From the IMG/VR virus record IMGVR_UViG_3300044701_004608, positions 47,783 to 111,782 of that record: a stretch of DNA of 64,000 nt. One strand, given 5' to 3'. The notes beneath the pieces are model-generated. The model was given only the letters and a program-made list of their open reading frames with translations, searched no databases and was not told where the DNA came from. Positions 37,105 to 47,265 of the stretch are shown here, piece after piece. The stretch is from a virus. The position numbers were made by a program, and so were the translations under genes. Numbering within the stretch: position 1 is the first letter of the stretch; each line of letters opens with the position of its first letter.

Positions 37105-37598
37105 TCTAGTGTCCCTGCGTCTAGGATAGCGTCGTCCACTGTGGGAGCAGGCTGGCTGGCAGCATAGTAGGCTTCGCGCACTTCCATGGGGATGGGAGCA
37201 CCAAAGTTGTCGTCCATGTACATGGGCTGTTCGCTATTATCTGATGTTTTAATGGCCTTGAAAGTGATGTGATAGAAACGCTGGTCCAGGGCTAAAGCAG
37301 TGGTCTTGTCGATTACGAAACTACCCAACCCTTTGGTGGCGTCTGACATTGTCACAGCAAAACTCTCTACAGTGACACGGTTCAAGGGATCTTGTATGTC
37401 GGCTTGCACAGCATAACCTGTGACGTTAAAGGGTCGTTGTTCTTGGTTTTTTATCACCACTTGTATGGGATTATCTATTCCTTGATAGATGGTCACGGGT
37501 CTTGAGTACACTCGTCTGCTCCTTGGGCCATTGGAGGAGTCGTCCAAAAATTGGACCTCCAATCTGTTAGCATATAAATAAGTCTGGATGCGTTGCAT
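37101..37598 (-). CDS. Putative baseplate/fibre adaptor protein
   Basis: IYQGIDNPIQVVIKNQEQRP pattern; TAAATA at 37606-37611. Confidence 0.55.
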   Translation of the reverse strand: MQRIQTYLYANRLEVQFLDDSSNGPRSRRVYSRPVTIYQGIDNPIQVVIKNQEQRPFNVTGYAVQADIQDPLNRVTVESFAVTMSDATKGLGSFVIDKTTALALDQRFYHITFKAIKTSDNSEQPMYMDDNFGAPIPMEVREAYYAASQPAPTVDDAILDAGTLE

Positions 37599-37620
37599 TA
37601 TTTGATATTTATCGGAAACC

Positions 37621-38001
37621 GTGGAAGATCAAGATTACCTCAGAAACCTTTTACAACAGTACCCATTCTTGAGTTACCTCGTCTACGGCGGTAACGAATA
37701 TATCGGTATAATACAGAACTGCGACGAGCAGATCACTACACTTTATGATTTTGGTTTGCTTAAAGATGTAGAGCAGAAACGCCGTTACCTAGAGTTAGGC
37801 GAAGCATGGTGGTGGGAAAGTAATAGGATAATCCCCATCAATGTGTTTTTAAAGCAGGATTGGGGAGTGTTTAAATTCTGCATCCGCACCATGAACAGCA
37901 AGGATGTGGATGTAAAGATGGGCCCTCAGATCAATCTCAAAGACATCGGTGCCAAGCGCAGCAAGCGTCGATCGATCACACTAGTCCGTAGGACTTCTTA
38001 A
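37621..38001 (+). CDS. Conserved hypothetical phage protein
   Basis: YPFLS..EYIGIIQN..WWWESNR.IPIN.FL. Confidence 0.7.
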   Translation: MEDQDYLRNLLQQYPFLSYLVYGGNEYIGIIQNCDEQITTLYDFGLLKDVEQKRRYLELGEAWWWESNRIIPINVFLKQDWGVFKFCIRTMNSKDVDVKMGPQINLKDIGAKRSKRRSITLVRRTS

Positions 38002-38591
38002 CTATACCCCTGGCTGATCGATTCGCAGATCAGATTCATATGTACTGCTACTAGATGCGCATACGCCACGGCGTGGCTTTTCTTGAAATAATACCCATCA
38101 TCAGCGGGACGTTCCCATACTGTTTCAGCTACTTCAGCCCATGTCTTTCCTATGAGATGACGTTTAGCTGGTCGTATCACGCTCAGGAACATGGCCATGC
38201 GTGGGATACTGTCCACCGGCTCGGGCATCTTCATCAGCGTTTCGTGATGATCCCCGATGTGTATGACGAGGCTACAAAAACCCGGGTCTCGCAGTAGATC
38301 CCATAATGGTTCTGTGGCCATCAACTCCTGCAAGTGATCACGATTCCTTACTTGCTGATAGACTCCCACATTCAAGAGATCCAGTTTGACATAACCACGG
38401 TCTTCGGCTTCGCGGTGATCGATAGTTGACAGTCCCGTAAATGGGTCTACGGGGATATCAGTGACATAGACACCAGTGTTATGACGTACTATTTGCCCGT
38501 CACGATCGATGCTGGCAGGATGATGTTTTATCAATTCCAAGGCCCGATTCCGATCACCAAAGTCGATGTCGATGTCTGATTTAAATTTCAT
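37998..38591 (-). CDS. Miniature DNA polymerase III alpha (DnaE) catalytic fragment
   Basis: DIDIDF, HNTGV, VKLDLL, FKKSHAVAYA; start revised to MKFKSDID (197 aa). Confidence 0.8.
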   Translation of the reverse strand: MKFKSDIDIDFGDRNRALELIKHHPASIDRDGQIVRHNTGVYVTDIPVDPFTGLSTIDHREAEDRGYVKLDLLNVGVYQQVRNRDHLQELMATEPLWDLLRDPGFCSLVIHIGDHHETLMKMPEPVDSIPRMAMFLSVIRPAKRHLIGKTWAEVAETVWERPADDGYYFKKSHAVAYAHLVAVHMNLICESISQGYS

Positions 38592-38842
38592 CGTATGAAA
38601 TGTAAGTAATGATTGATGAATCCGGCAAGCCATGATAATCCCATGATCACGAAAACCGACGCCGCGGCCCATTCTCGCATCTTGATCAGTATCAGCGCCC
38701 AGAACGAATTTCCTGCGACCAGGAACACGAACCCCGCATAAGGATGTAATTTCAATCCTGTGATCAACGATCCGCATAACATGAATCCTGTACAGATCCA
38801 TTTGATCGAATCGGCGTTATTCTTTAAAAAATTTACTACCAT
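38588..38842 (-). CDS. Small membrane protein
   Basis: Three hydrophobic helices; AAGGAG RBS. Confidence 0.65.
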   Translation of the reverse strand: MVVNFLKNNADSIKWICTGFMLCGSLITGLKLHPYAGFVFLVAGNSFWALILIKMREWAAASVFVIMGLSWLAGFINHYLHFIR

Positions 38843-38960
38843 GTTACTCCTTTTGATACTTTGATCGCATCCATGTATGTCTGCGATGGGAAAAGTACCG
38901 GCAACGATGCTATCAGTATCAATAGTATCGTCACTAATAATAAAATCAAAAAATCTTTTT

Positions 38961-39653
38961 TCATAGTCCTGCGTCTGCGAGTATCTTTTTTGCCCATTCT
39001 GTATCTGCCAGATAGTCCACGAATTTCTTAGACCAAAAGTCAGGATCGATCCATGGCATGACTATCTCTAGTTGTTCTTCGTTGAGTGTCTCCAAGAACG
39101 CCAAGCCTGTCTCGCAGTTGAATACCACCCACGGACTAATCCTACCATTGACAATATGGAAGCAAACACTATTAGCAGGGGCAAGCCTAAAGTAATCACG
39201 AAAACCATTCCTAAGATCTGGATGATCTCCGGAATATCGTTCCATTTCTTCCAACGCTCTCGCCAGTGCATCTTGTACGTTCTCCTTGCGTATGTATTGG
39301 TGAAGCCATTCTAGATACATAGCCTCATGGTGCCAATGATCTAGTTTCTTGTTGTTCTTCAGCAGCCAATCAGTGAAACTAGCGTAGTTCACGCACCGTA
39401 TGCTTTGACAATGCCTTCCAAATTTCACGAACGCATTATAAAAACCGCTGTCGACGAAATCCTCGTAAGTCTTTAATTTAGCCGACCCTTGTGTGATCTC
39501 ATAGAATCTCAGATAGGCCCGGAATCCCATCTGGACTCTTGTTTCTTTTTCCTGTTGCCATCGTCGTTTGGGCTCACAGAGATGTGCCAACAAGGTGCTC
39601 TCCTTGCGGAACTCTTTTTTACAATAGCGACAAACAAAAAACTCTGTTTCCAT
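38961..39653 (-). CDS. Zinc-finger-containing hypothetical protein
   Basis: CRYCKKEFRKESTLLAHLC; GRISPW. Confidence 0.7.
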   Translation of the reverse strand: METEFFVCRYCKKEFRKESTLLAHLCEPKRRWQQEKETRVQMGFRAYLRFYEITQGSAKLKTYEDFVDSGFYNAFVKFGRHCQSIRCVNYASFTDWLLKNNKKLDHWHHEAMYLEWLHQYIRKENVQDALARALEEMERYSGDHPDLRNGFRDYFRLAPANSVCFHIVNGRISPWVVFNCETGLAFLETLNEEQLEIVMPWIDPDFWSKKFVDYLADTEWAKKILADAGL

Positions 39654-39654
39654 T

Positions 39655-40761
39655 TTATCCCGATATTGAACGACACAGAGCGATCGCGGCTGCGTTGGCT
39701 TCTTCCTCTGTGATCCTGGAATAACTCATTCTAATCGAAAAAAGATCAGGATCCTGCACATAAAATTCTCGTCCAGGTACGATGCTAACTCCTTCGGCTA
39801 ACGCTCGATCTCTCAATGACAAAGAAGATATCGTACTATGAGCCCAAAGAAAAATACCCCCTGTCGGAACGGGAAATTTTAGTTCCGGACAATGCCGAGA
39901 CAATGCGTCCACTAGGAAATCTCTTTTCCTGTGATACGATTTCCTTAGTTTTGATAGATGCACATTGATGTCTATTTTATGCAACATTTCGGCCGTCACT
40001 GATTGCAAAAAATACGAAGAGGCCATGTCAGTGATTTTTTTAGCTTCTACGAGTTTATTAATGATTTTGGGCTCTGCGATCACATAGGATAATCTTATTC
40101 CAGGGTTAAGAATTTTGGAAAAAGATCCCAGATAAATGACTCGTGTGGCATCAATGTCTCTCAATGGAGTACTGGTTTCGTCGAAGAAAATATCAGCATA
40201 AGCCGCATCTTCGACTACCAAGATGTCACGCTTTTGTGCTTCGCTCATAAAAGATTTTCTTTGGTCTAGAGTCCAACAACGACCAGTGGGATTTTGATAG
40301 GATGGCTCGACGTAGGCTATTTTAAAAACACCATCGGGTATCTCTGCAACATCTGGCATAGGTGTGATATCGGCTTGCACCCACGAAAATACATCTAGAG
40401 CGCCGCTGTAAGCGGGAGTTTCGACCAGCACTGGATCTCTTTGATCGATGAAAACTTTAGAGATAAGATCGATGCTCTGCTGGCTGCCACTAGTTATCAT
40501 CACTTGATTGACTTCTACTCCATGATACTGAGCGAGCCATTCCAACAATTCAGTACACCCTTGTGCAGGGCCATACTGGAAAGAAAGATATTTTTTATCC
40601 TGTAAAACTCTGGTCATGGCCGTCTGGAAATCATCGATAGGCATCAACCCCAATGCTGGGCTACCGCTGGAAAGATTCATGGTGCCGGGCGGAAGATCAC
40701 TGGAAAATTCTGAAACCGGACGACGATTAAAACAACGAGCGCGACTAGAAAACTCTGTCAT
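39655..40761 (-). CDS. PLP-dependent class I aminotransferase (MocR/LysN-like, no HTH)
   Basis: QYG, ITSGSQQ, YQNPTG, VEDAAY, GSFSKILNPGIR. Confidence 0.9.
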   Translation of the reverse strand: MTEFSSRARCFNRRPVSEFSSDLPPGTMNLSSGSPALGLMPIDDFQTAMTRVLQDKKYLSFQYGPAQGCTELLEWLAQYHGVEVNQVMITSGSQQSIDLISKVFIDQRDPVLVETPAYSGALDVFSWVQADITPMPDVAEIPDGVFKIAYVEPSYQNPTGRCWTLDQRKSFMSEAQKRDILVVEDAAYADIFFDETSTPLRDIDATRVIYLGSFSKILNPGIRLSYVIAEPKIINKLVEAKKITDMASSYFLQSVTAEMLHKIDINVHLSKLRKSYHRKRDFLVDALSRHCPELKFPVPTGGIFLWAHSTISSLSLRDRALAEGVSIVPGREFYVQDPDLFSIRMSYSRITEEEANAAAIALCRSISG

Positions 40762-41225
40762 TTAAGATATTCCTTGATCTTTTTGTCATCCCAGCCATGT
40801 TGCTTTGCGAGATCCTTGATCTCATCGTCAGAATTGATTGATGCTAATGTTTCGATTTCCGATTCCCTGAGATCCGGTCTCAGTTCTCTGAGTATCTTGA
40901 CTATCTTGTTATTCTTTTCTTTCTTCTTAGGAGAGATCCATTGATGATACTGACTACCCATGCCGGGGCTGACGGTCGTCGCTAACAGCCACAAGAATTT
41001 CTTGTGCTGGCTAGCGGATATGTCAAAGAAGTTCTTATTTAATCTCTCATTGGCACTCATGAGATAGTAGCTCTGTAACATGGGATCGCCACCAACGCAG
41101 GAACTCCAGCGTACCATCAGATAAGGAGAAAACTTTTTCTTTTCTTCGTCAGTCATGGCATCGTAGTAATCTCGATCCTTGCGATCCACCGCGGCCATTT
41201 CATTCTTGATGTTAAGTCTGTCCAT
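40758..41225 (-). CDS. Clamp-loader small subunit-like (gp62-like)
   Basis: FSPYLMVRWSS..ANE..HQWI pattern; replication context. Confidence 0.55.
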   Translation of the reverse strand: MDRLNIKNEMAAVDRKDRDYYDAMTDEEKKKFSPYLMVRWSSCVGGDPMLQSYYLMSANERLNKNFFDISASQHKKFLWLLATTVSPGMGSQYHQWISPKKKEKNNKIVKILRELRPDLRESEIETLASINSDDEIKDLAKQHGWDDKKIKEYLK

Positions 41226-41460
41226 TTTGTTTACTTAATTCGTAGATTATTATAGCACGATCCAAGGCTTCTTGTAAAGCAGGATTGGTTTTGGCTGCTG
41301 CCAAAATGTCGTGCCAGAGTTGTTGTTCTCGCAATCTCGCTCTCGTACCGTGTTGGTCAGTTCCGATCAGTATACGTTCGGATTTACCGATCTCTCGGGC
41401 GTAGATATCGCCGTCGGCGTTTTCATAGATATAAGTCGCGCCCGGAGTCAGTCTACCCAT
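41212..41460 (-). CDS. Hypothetical protein
   Basis: Start revised to MGRLTPG; YIYE..IYARE..NPALQEAL. Confidence 0.6.
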   Translation of the reverse strand: MGRLTPGATYIYENADGDIYAREIGKSERILIGTDQHGTRARLREQQLWHDILAAAKTNPALQEALDRAIIIYELSKQNGQT

Positions 41461-41987
41461 CCTAATATCTCCATCGCTTCTTTTTCGACACAGTATCTTC
41501 CAATGAACCGATCCACGAATCCTTCGATCACTTCTTGATGTAAAGGTAAACACGAAGAGTCGTACTGTTCTTTACACTCTATCTCCAGATTGTTATTGAA
41601 TGTGCTGGCAAAATATATCTTTGGTATAGGACACGGGATCACACACATGTTCACGAACTTATGATGTGGGTGCCCGTAATCGCCATCTTGATTATGAGTC
41701 AGTAATAGATCAAAGTCACGACAATGATCTTGTATATCCAACCTAGCAGACTCAGCATCGAAACTCAAGTTACCACTTTCAATGTCTCGATAGTCATCCA
41801 CATATCCCAAGAATATCGTTTTTACTTCGTGTCGATCCCAGAATCGTTTTATCTCTTGGGCACGAGGTTCAGCTTCAGTGTAGGTAAGATAAATTATCGT
41901 CCAGTCTAGTTGTTTTAGTTTCCGCATCAGCGGCCAAGCGAATATTACGCAATCGTCGGGATGAGCCACGATCACTCCCGCTCGCAT
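41448..41987 (-). CDS. PIG-L/LmbE-family deacetylase
   Basis: VAHPDD and THNQDGDYGHPHH. Confidence 0.85.
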   Translation of the reverse strand: MRAGVIVAHPDDCVIFAWPLMRKLKQLDWTIIYLTYTEAEPRAQEIKRFWDRHEVKTIFLGYVDDYRDIESGNLSFDAESARLDIQDHCRDFDLLLTHNQDGDYGHPHHKFVNMCVIPCPIPKIYFASTFNNNLEIECKEQYDSSCLPLHQEVIEGFVDRFIGRYCVEKEAMEILGWVD

Positions 41988-42491
41988 TTACCACACCTTC
42001 GAATAATTGATCACTTCGTTTTGGCGACCGATATCCTTGACAAAAAACACACACATGGGCTTTTCTTTGTTGCTTTCTAATGGCACGGCCAACAGTTGCC
42101 CGGACTTGAGTTTAGGAAAATACCATTTGACATCTTGATAGATGTCCACTATCTCTACGGGATGAAACTCAGGGCGGAAACTACTAATGGGATTAAAGGC
42201 AAACACATTGAACCCACGGTCATTGATCGAGGTGAGTGGTACTACTTCAAGATCGCCGAGATCGGGTTCGCCGATCAATATCTGCCAGTCCACCGGCATC
42301 TTAACTGTATGCTCTCCGATCTTTAGAACCAAAGCCGGACTATTAAAACTTTCAAGGAAGATCAATGGTATGTAAAAATAATCGGGATTCTTGGGGTCGG
42401 AGTTATCGAGGACACAGAATCGTAAATCGTCGACTTCCTCGGGTATCTCATTCATTTCGAAACTATGATTATCTAGGGTCAATATCCTCAT
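41988..42491 (-). CDS. Conserved hypothetical phage protein
   Basis: 167-aa ORF in operon. Confidence 0.65.
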   Translation of the reverse strand: MRILTLDNHSFEMNEIPEEVDDLRFCVLDNSDPKNPDYFYIPLIFLESFNSPALVLKIGEHTVKMPVDWQILIGEPDLGDLEVVPLTSINDRGFNVFAFNPISSFRPEFHPVEIVDIYQDVKWYFPKLKSGQLLAVPLESNKEKPMCVFFVKDIGRQNEVINYSKVW

Positions 42492-43306
42492 GGGGTGATT
42501 CCAAACCTTTCTGTTATTATTTTGTAGTAGACGTCAGCTAGGTATTCTTGGCTCTTGGGGTCGCCATGATACCCAGGGTCTTCGCCTTTGAACGGCCATT
42601 CGTTAGTGGCATACGCTGGTGTTTCTTCGTAGTCTAGAGTCATGTATCGATCCGGAAGAACAGACGGAAACGCTTCTCTCACTGTATTGCTGTTCCATAC
42701 ATTACAAGCGATATGTAGGAAAGGGATACCGGCATAGAAAAGTTCCATGATACCGTCGCGGATGATCCATTCGTCCTGCTGTCGTTTCCACTCGCTGTCA
42801 TAGAGATAATTGATCCAAGACTTGACAGCCTTCTGTGTATCTCGATCTATCTTGCTAGAGCGGTATGGGTGGTCATAGTTTTCTGCGAGGCTGAAGATCG
42901 TTTCACAGATCATGCGATAAGGATTGTTACCGTAGTTGACGTTGTTGATCCCGGCTTCTCGATCATACCCATTCAGATGGGCCTTCTGTAGATGTTGCTG
43001 TAGTTCGCTGTTCCAACCCTTCCAATCATTGTCGCGGAAGTCATAAGGAGCAGACCTTGCTGGGATTTCTGTGCGGTCGTGGAATGTAGGTGCGATGATC
43101 GCGAAGTCGGGTCGCTGTCGGATCACTTCGTCGATCTGTATGCGTATGCCGCCATTGGAACAGCCCTGGCGTGCTAGTATCTCTACGTCCCATCCTAGTT
43201 TCTTGGCCAGCACTTCGCCATAAGAAGTTCCTGCTAGTTCAGGGAATCTACTACTCGCTGGTGCGCTGAAGCTACATCCGCATACTATGAGTTTTTTCTT
43301 TTTCAT
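42488..43306 (-). CDS. SGNH-hydrolase-like protein
   Basis: GCSFS, ARQGCSN, C-terminal DPGYH..SQEYLAD. Confidence 0.65.
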   Translation of the reverse strand: MKKKKLIVCGCSFSAPASSRFPELAGTSYGEVLAKKLGWDVEILARQGCSNGGIRIQIDEVIRQRPDFAIIAPTFHDRTEIPARSAPYDFRDNDWKGWNSELQQHLQKAHLNGYDREAGINNVNYGNNPYRMICETIFSLAENYDHPYRSSKIDRDTQKAVKSWINYLYDSEWKRQQDEWIIRDGIMELFYAGIPFLHIACNVWNSNTVREAFPSVLPDRYMTLDYEETPAYATNEWPFKGEDPGYHGDPKSQEYLADVYYKIITERFGITP

Positions 43307-44760
43307 TTCCAATCTACCTTCTCCAAAGTGAACGGGTAGTTCGCTTCTCGGTAAAATTGCTTCCGTTTGGTAAGATGTCGTTTTGAAAACTTACATGTCG
43401 ATGTGATGTCCCAGATCTGTACAAAGTCTTTGTCCTCTGCCTTCCTAATACCTCGCCCAATAGATTGAATAACGCGGACAAAGCTCTTTCCGGGTTCCAT
43501 AAGAACCAGATTAAAGATCCTAGGAATATTAATGCCCACAGCGGCCACACCATAAGTCGCCACAATAATCTTCCCATCTGATATAGCCACTTCATCGTAC
43601 TCTTCCTTCCTATCTTTGGCCTTGGTGGCACCCGACACGAATACCGATCGGTCACCAAGTCTATTAACTAATTCTTTTCCTGTGCTGATACGATCTACCA
43701 ACACCAAGGTGTTGCCTGTTTCATTCACAGAGGCGATTAGTTTAGAAATATAATCCAGTCGCTCTCCGGTCTCTACTAGATACTTGAGCTCGCTCTGATA
43801 ATTCGTATACTCAACGTGATCTACTAATTGAACTATATTTACGTGACAATTCGCCAGGTGGCCAGCTTCTTGCAATTCGCTGGCACTGAGTTTTCCTACC
43901 ACGTTGCCTAGGCTACAGAAGATGCTGATCTTCTCGAAATCCTCTTTAGGGATAGTGCCAGTAAGTCCCCAGCGGATAGGGATATGACTCATGATTCCTG
44001 TGAGTAGAGTCTTGAGTGCGTCAGCCTTGGCCATGTGTACTTCGTCTACGATGATACACACTACATCCTCGATGAACTCACCGATAGTACAATCCGCTAC
44101 GCCGTTCTTGGTGTTCTTGAGCAGTACGTTCAGAGACTGCCAAGTACAGATCGTGTGTTGGCGACCCCACTCTTTCCTGTCACCGAAATACACACCTACA
44201 TCTAGGCCTAGGTTCTTATAATCATCCTCGGTCTGTGTGACCAAGCTCTTGTTAGGAACGATGACTATGCTCCGTCCTAGATGCTCTACGCTCTGGCTCA
44301 AGGCCGCTGTCATGATAGTCTTGCCAGCACCGGTAGCCACTTCTTGTACGCTCTGCGGATTGGCCAAGAAGTTGTTGATGATCTCTACCTGGTAGTCACG
44401 CAACAATATCGGTTCACCGGCTTTAGGATGGCCAGCAGGCCATTTCGTCTCAGCAAACGTGGTCTCGCACACTTGACGGAACTCGAAGTTCGTAGAGTAT
44501 TCACGCAGATCTTCTACTTCGAGATCGTACCCAGCACTCTCGAGCATAGGGATGATCTCAGGTAGCAAGTTGATATAAGTGCTACCGCCCAGCTGGAAGA
44601 ACGCTACACGGCCGTCCCAACGTCCCAGACGCACCGCAGGCAAGTATCTCGCCCCCGGGATCTCAAACTTAAACTTGTCTACTAGACGTTTCCGTGTGGT
44701 GAGATCAAGCCCTTCGATCTTCACATTCACTTCATCGCGTATATAGAGTTTGGCTAACAT
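43303..44760 (-). CDS. uvsW: UvsW-like SF2 helicase
   Basis: WDG, LRDYQ, ATGAGKT, DEVH, GLTGT, QSIGRGIR. Confidence 0.92.
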   Translation of the reverse strand: MLAKLYIRDEVNVKIEGLDLTTRKRLVDKFKFEIPGARYLPAVRLGRWDGRVAFFQLGGSTYINLLPEIIPMLESAGYDLEVEDLREYSTNFEFRQVCETTFAETKWPAGHPKAGEPILLRDYQVEIINNFLANPQSVQEVATGAGKTIMTAALSQSVEHLGRSIVIVPNKSLVTQTEDDYKNLGLDVGVYFGDRKEWGRQHTICTWQSLNVLLKNTKNGVADCTIGEFIEDVVCIIVDEVHMAKADALKTLLTGIMSHIPIRWGLTGTIPKEDFEKISIFCSLGNVVGKLSASELQEAGHLANCHVNIVQLVDHVEYTNYQSELKYLVETGERLDYISKLIASVNETGNTLVLVDRISTGKELVNRLGDRSVFVSGATKAKDRKEEYDEVAISDGKIIVATYGVAAVGINIPRIFNLVLMEPGKSFVRVIQSIGRGIRKAEDKDFVQIWDITSTCKFSKRHLTKRKQFYREANYPFTLEKVDWK

Positions 44761-45923
44761 TATAGGTGTGGTACCTTTGACTTTTTCTTGCTATTATACA
44801 CGCCCGGCGAAAGGAAAACAACCTTTTCAGAATTTTGCACCATCATCTGTCGCTCTCCCCCGGTTATTATGCCAGCTGAAGTGATTAACAACGGTATAGC
44901 GTGTCGAGTTATGGGTTTGATCGAGTGTACCACTTTCGCGCCGGGCAAGAAATCTCGGTTTTTCTTTGAGTTACCAATGACATCTATTTCATTTTCATCG
45001 AACACTTGTCTTAATACTTGTAGTAGTCGATTGGAAAGGTCGGGTTCATAGACCACGATCGGGTATCGTTTCGTCACTGAAGAATAGTCCTTGATTAGCA
45101 AAGCCAATGGAAGCAAATCGTCGGAATTGTGCTGTGATTCTCGGTTTAGCATCAATGACATTAGATTTTTTCCAAATCTTTTTTCGAAATCTTCTACTAT
45201 CTCATTGCTAACTGTGTAGCCCAATAATGACGAACTGTCTACTAATTCAACAATGTTTTCTAGGTCTAGTTTTCCTATATTGTCATTGATGTAATACATC
45301 AATGAATCATGGGCATTGGTGATTTCAAATACTTCCCCAACTTGTCTCAACTTGATATCATAAGGGTGAAGTTCAATACTCTTGATAGCTTCTGCGAAGG
45401 ATCTCGCATGTGCAGAGATTTCAAAAACATTTAGTTCTCCCCAAGTTACTGCCCAATTGATGTTGTATTCAGTTAATGCCATCTTCCATACCCGTGCTTC
45501 AGCGTCCCAATAGCAGTACCCTTGGCTTTTCTTTGAGAACTCACGTATCTCCTCGATGCTGGATTTTTCGTAACAGAACTTCAGCACTATCTCTCCATCA
45601 ACGACATCGATGCTCTTAGTAGTGTCGACTACTCGAAAAGGTTGTCGGAACTGGTTGAGATTTTCACGACGTGAATCAATTCCCATAGAGGCCAGTTGTC
45701 GGTGATACTTGTCGATGATTTTAACCAACAATTCACCTTGTCGCTCAGTGAGGGCATTACCGCCGATGGTAGTTTCGCTCATGTTTTGCAATACCGACAC
45801 ATCATAACGGGCTAAATTGATGATGGGGTTGAACCAGTTTAGGCCAGACGTCTTGAGTGTAGTAGGATCACGCAGCCCGGAAATCACTTCAAGATAGTCC
45901 TCAACATATTCGTATTTCTTCAT
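44760..45923 (-). CDS. Hypothetical protein
   Basis: Long ORF; start revised to MKKYEY. Confidence 0.7.
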   Translation of the reverse strand: MKKYEYVEDYLEVISGLRDPTTLKTSGLNWFNPIINLARYDVSVLQNMSETTIGGNALTERQGELLVKIIDKYHRQLASMGIDSRRENLNQFRQPFRVVDTTKSIDVVDGEIVLKFCYEKSSIEEIREFSKKSQGYCYWDAEARVWKMALTEYNINWAVTWGELNVFEISAHARSFAEAIKSIELHPYDIKLRQVGEVFEITNAHDSLMYYINDNIGKLDLENIVELVDSSSLLGYTVSNEIVEDFEKRFGKNLMSLMLNRESQHNSDDLLPLALLIKDYSSVTKRYPIVVYEPDLSNRLLQVLRQVFDENEIDVIGNSKKNRDFLPGAKVVHSIKPITRHAIPLLITSAGIITGGERQMMVQNSEKVVFLSPGVYNSKKKSKVPHL

Positions 45924-45960
45924 CCTGTAAGTATATGCTAACCGAGAACAAAAAGTCAAT

Positions 45961-45991
45961 AAAAAAACCCCGGACTGTTACCAATCCGGGG
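45961..45991 (-). terminator. Intrinsic terminator after AAA ATPase
   Basis: CCCCGGA/TCCGGGG stem plus T7 on the minus strand. Confidence 0.7.
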
Positions 45992-46044
45992 CAAAAACAG
46001 GTCGGGGCTAGGAGCTAGACAAGGGATGCCACGACCCGAACGGC

Positions 46045-47100
46045 TTACGCCGATTTCATACAAGTCACTGACGCCATCGACTTCCACTTCAGTGGGAAGG
46101 ATTTACGCAAGTCAGCGATCTTGATAGCCATACGCAACGACATCTCACGCATCTTGTTCTTGTTCTCGTCCAAGAAGTTCAAGATCTCGTCTTTGGCACA
46201 CTCGTCGAAGTCATACTCTTCGAACAGTTGACCGTCACCAGCGATCTGCTTGATTCGCAGGATCTTGTCACGCATGGTGTCCAGTGTGAGATCCAGATAG
46301 TGACAACGGCTTTGGAGAGCGTCCAAGTGGTCACGGAGTTTCTGGGATTTCATCTGATCGAACTTCAAGTTGGTGATGAAGATCACGGAGCCTTTGAACT
46401 CGAAACTGTCAGGCACACCTTCACGACGGAGCATGTGGCTGTCCGACAACCAGGAAATCTTGCGCTTCTTGCCTGAGTCCAGAGCACCTTTGAGCAGGTT
46501 CAACGAAGTGTCGTCCAGCAATACGCTGTCACAGTCGTCAAACACCAGGACGCAATTGGGGTCGGAATACTTGTAGAGGGTACAGTATAAGCCCAGAGCA
46601 GAAGTGCTACCTTTGACCACTTCGGCACGGAGACGCTTACCGGCTACTTGATCGAACAGGCAAGCCTTTTCCACGATGCGCTCGACACCGTATGACTTAC
46701 CAACTCCGGGAGGGCCCGAAACGATCATAGCACGGATCTCGCCATTGGTAGCGGCAGTGGCCATTTCGTCTAGGATTTCAAAACGCTCACGGATACGAGC
46801 CATGATCTCTTCGTCAGTCTCGGCAGATTTGGCTTCGGCACCTTTAGACTCAACCACGGGTTCGTTGCCGGCTTCGACGAACTCGGCTTCAGAAACGAAC
46901 TCGTATGCTGTCATGGAATCTACCTTTACGCGGATCTCATCGGGGAAGCCAGGAAACTGGCCGGAATTCTTCACTGTCACATACCCGCCTTTGGCAGTCA
47001 TTTTAAACTGCTCAACGAGTTGGAACACTTGACCCGACACATCGTTGGTGCGATAAGCGCCGGATTTGATACGAACGAAAGTGCTTTGTTTTGACATCAT
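46045..47100 (-). CDS. Early AAA+ ATPase
   Basis: GPPGVGKS, LVFDDCD, IFITN, ALQSR. Confidence 0.88.
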   Translation of the reverse strand: MMSKQSTFVRIKSGAYRTNDVSGQVFQLVEQFKMTAKGGYVTVKNSGQFPGFPDEIRVKVDSMTAYEFVSEAEFVEAGNEPVVESKGAEAKSAETDEEIMARIRERFEILDEMATAATNGEIRAMIVSGPPGVGKSYGVERIVEKACLFDQVAGKRLRAEVVKGSTSALGLYCTLYKYSDPNCVLVFDDCDSVLLDDTSLNLLKGALDSGKKRKISWLSDSHMLRREGVPDSFEFKGSVIFITNLKFDQMKSQKLRDHLDALQSRCHYLDLTLDTMRDKILRIKQIAGDGQLFEEYDFDECAKDEILNFLDENKNKMREMSLRMAIKIADLRKSFPLKWKSMASVTCMKSA

Positions 47101-47160
47101 CTGCTCCTGTTTTTTTACTGTATGTCTATATTATATAGAAATGGGAAATATCGGTCAACC
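47095..47160 (-). promoter_or_regulatory. Early promoter + conserved leader cassette
   Basis: TTGACC-N17-TATAAT, then ATAGACATACAGTAAAAAAACAGGAGCAGA. Confidence 0.85.
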
Positions 47161-47183
47161 ACCCCAAAATCCCCCAAATTCTA

Positions 47184-47205
47184 GGTGTTGTTTTTACGCA
47201 ACACC
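47184..47205. promoter_or_regulatory. Palindromic operator candidate (type 2)
   Basis: GGTGTTG-N8-CAACACC; similar site at 50808-50831. Confidence 0.55.
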
Positions 47206-47234
47206 CCAAAATCCCTTGTTTTTATTATGCGTTT

Positions 47235-47265
47235 ATTTTACGAAATCACGAAATATTGGTCAACC
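47235..47265 (-). promoter_or_regulatory. Sigma70 early promoter
   Basis: TTGACC-N17-TAAAAT. Confidence 0.7.
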
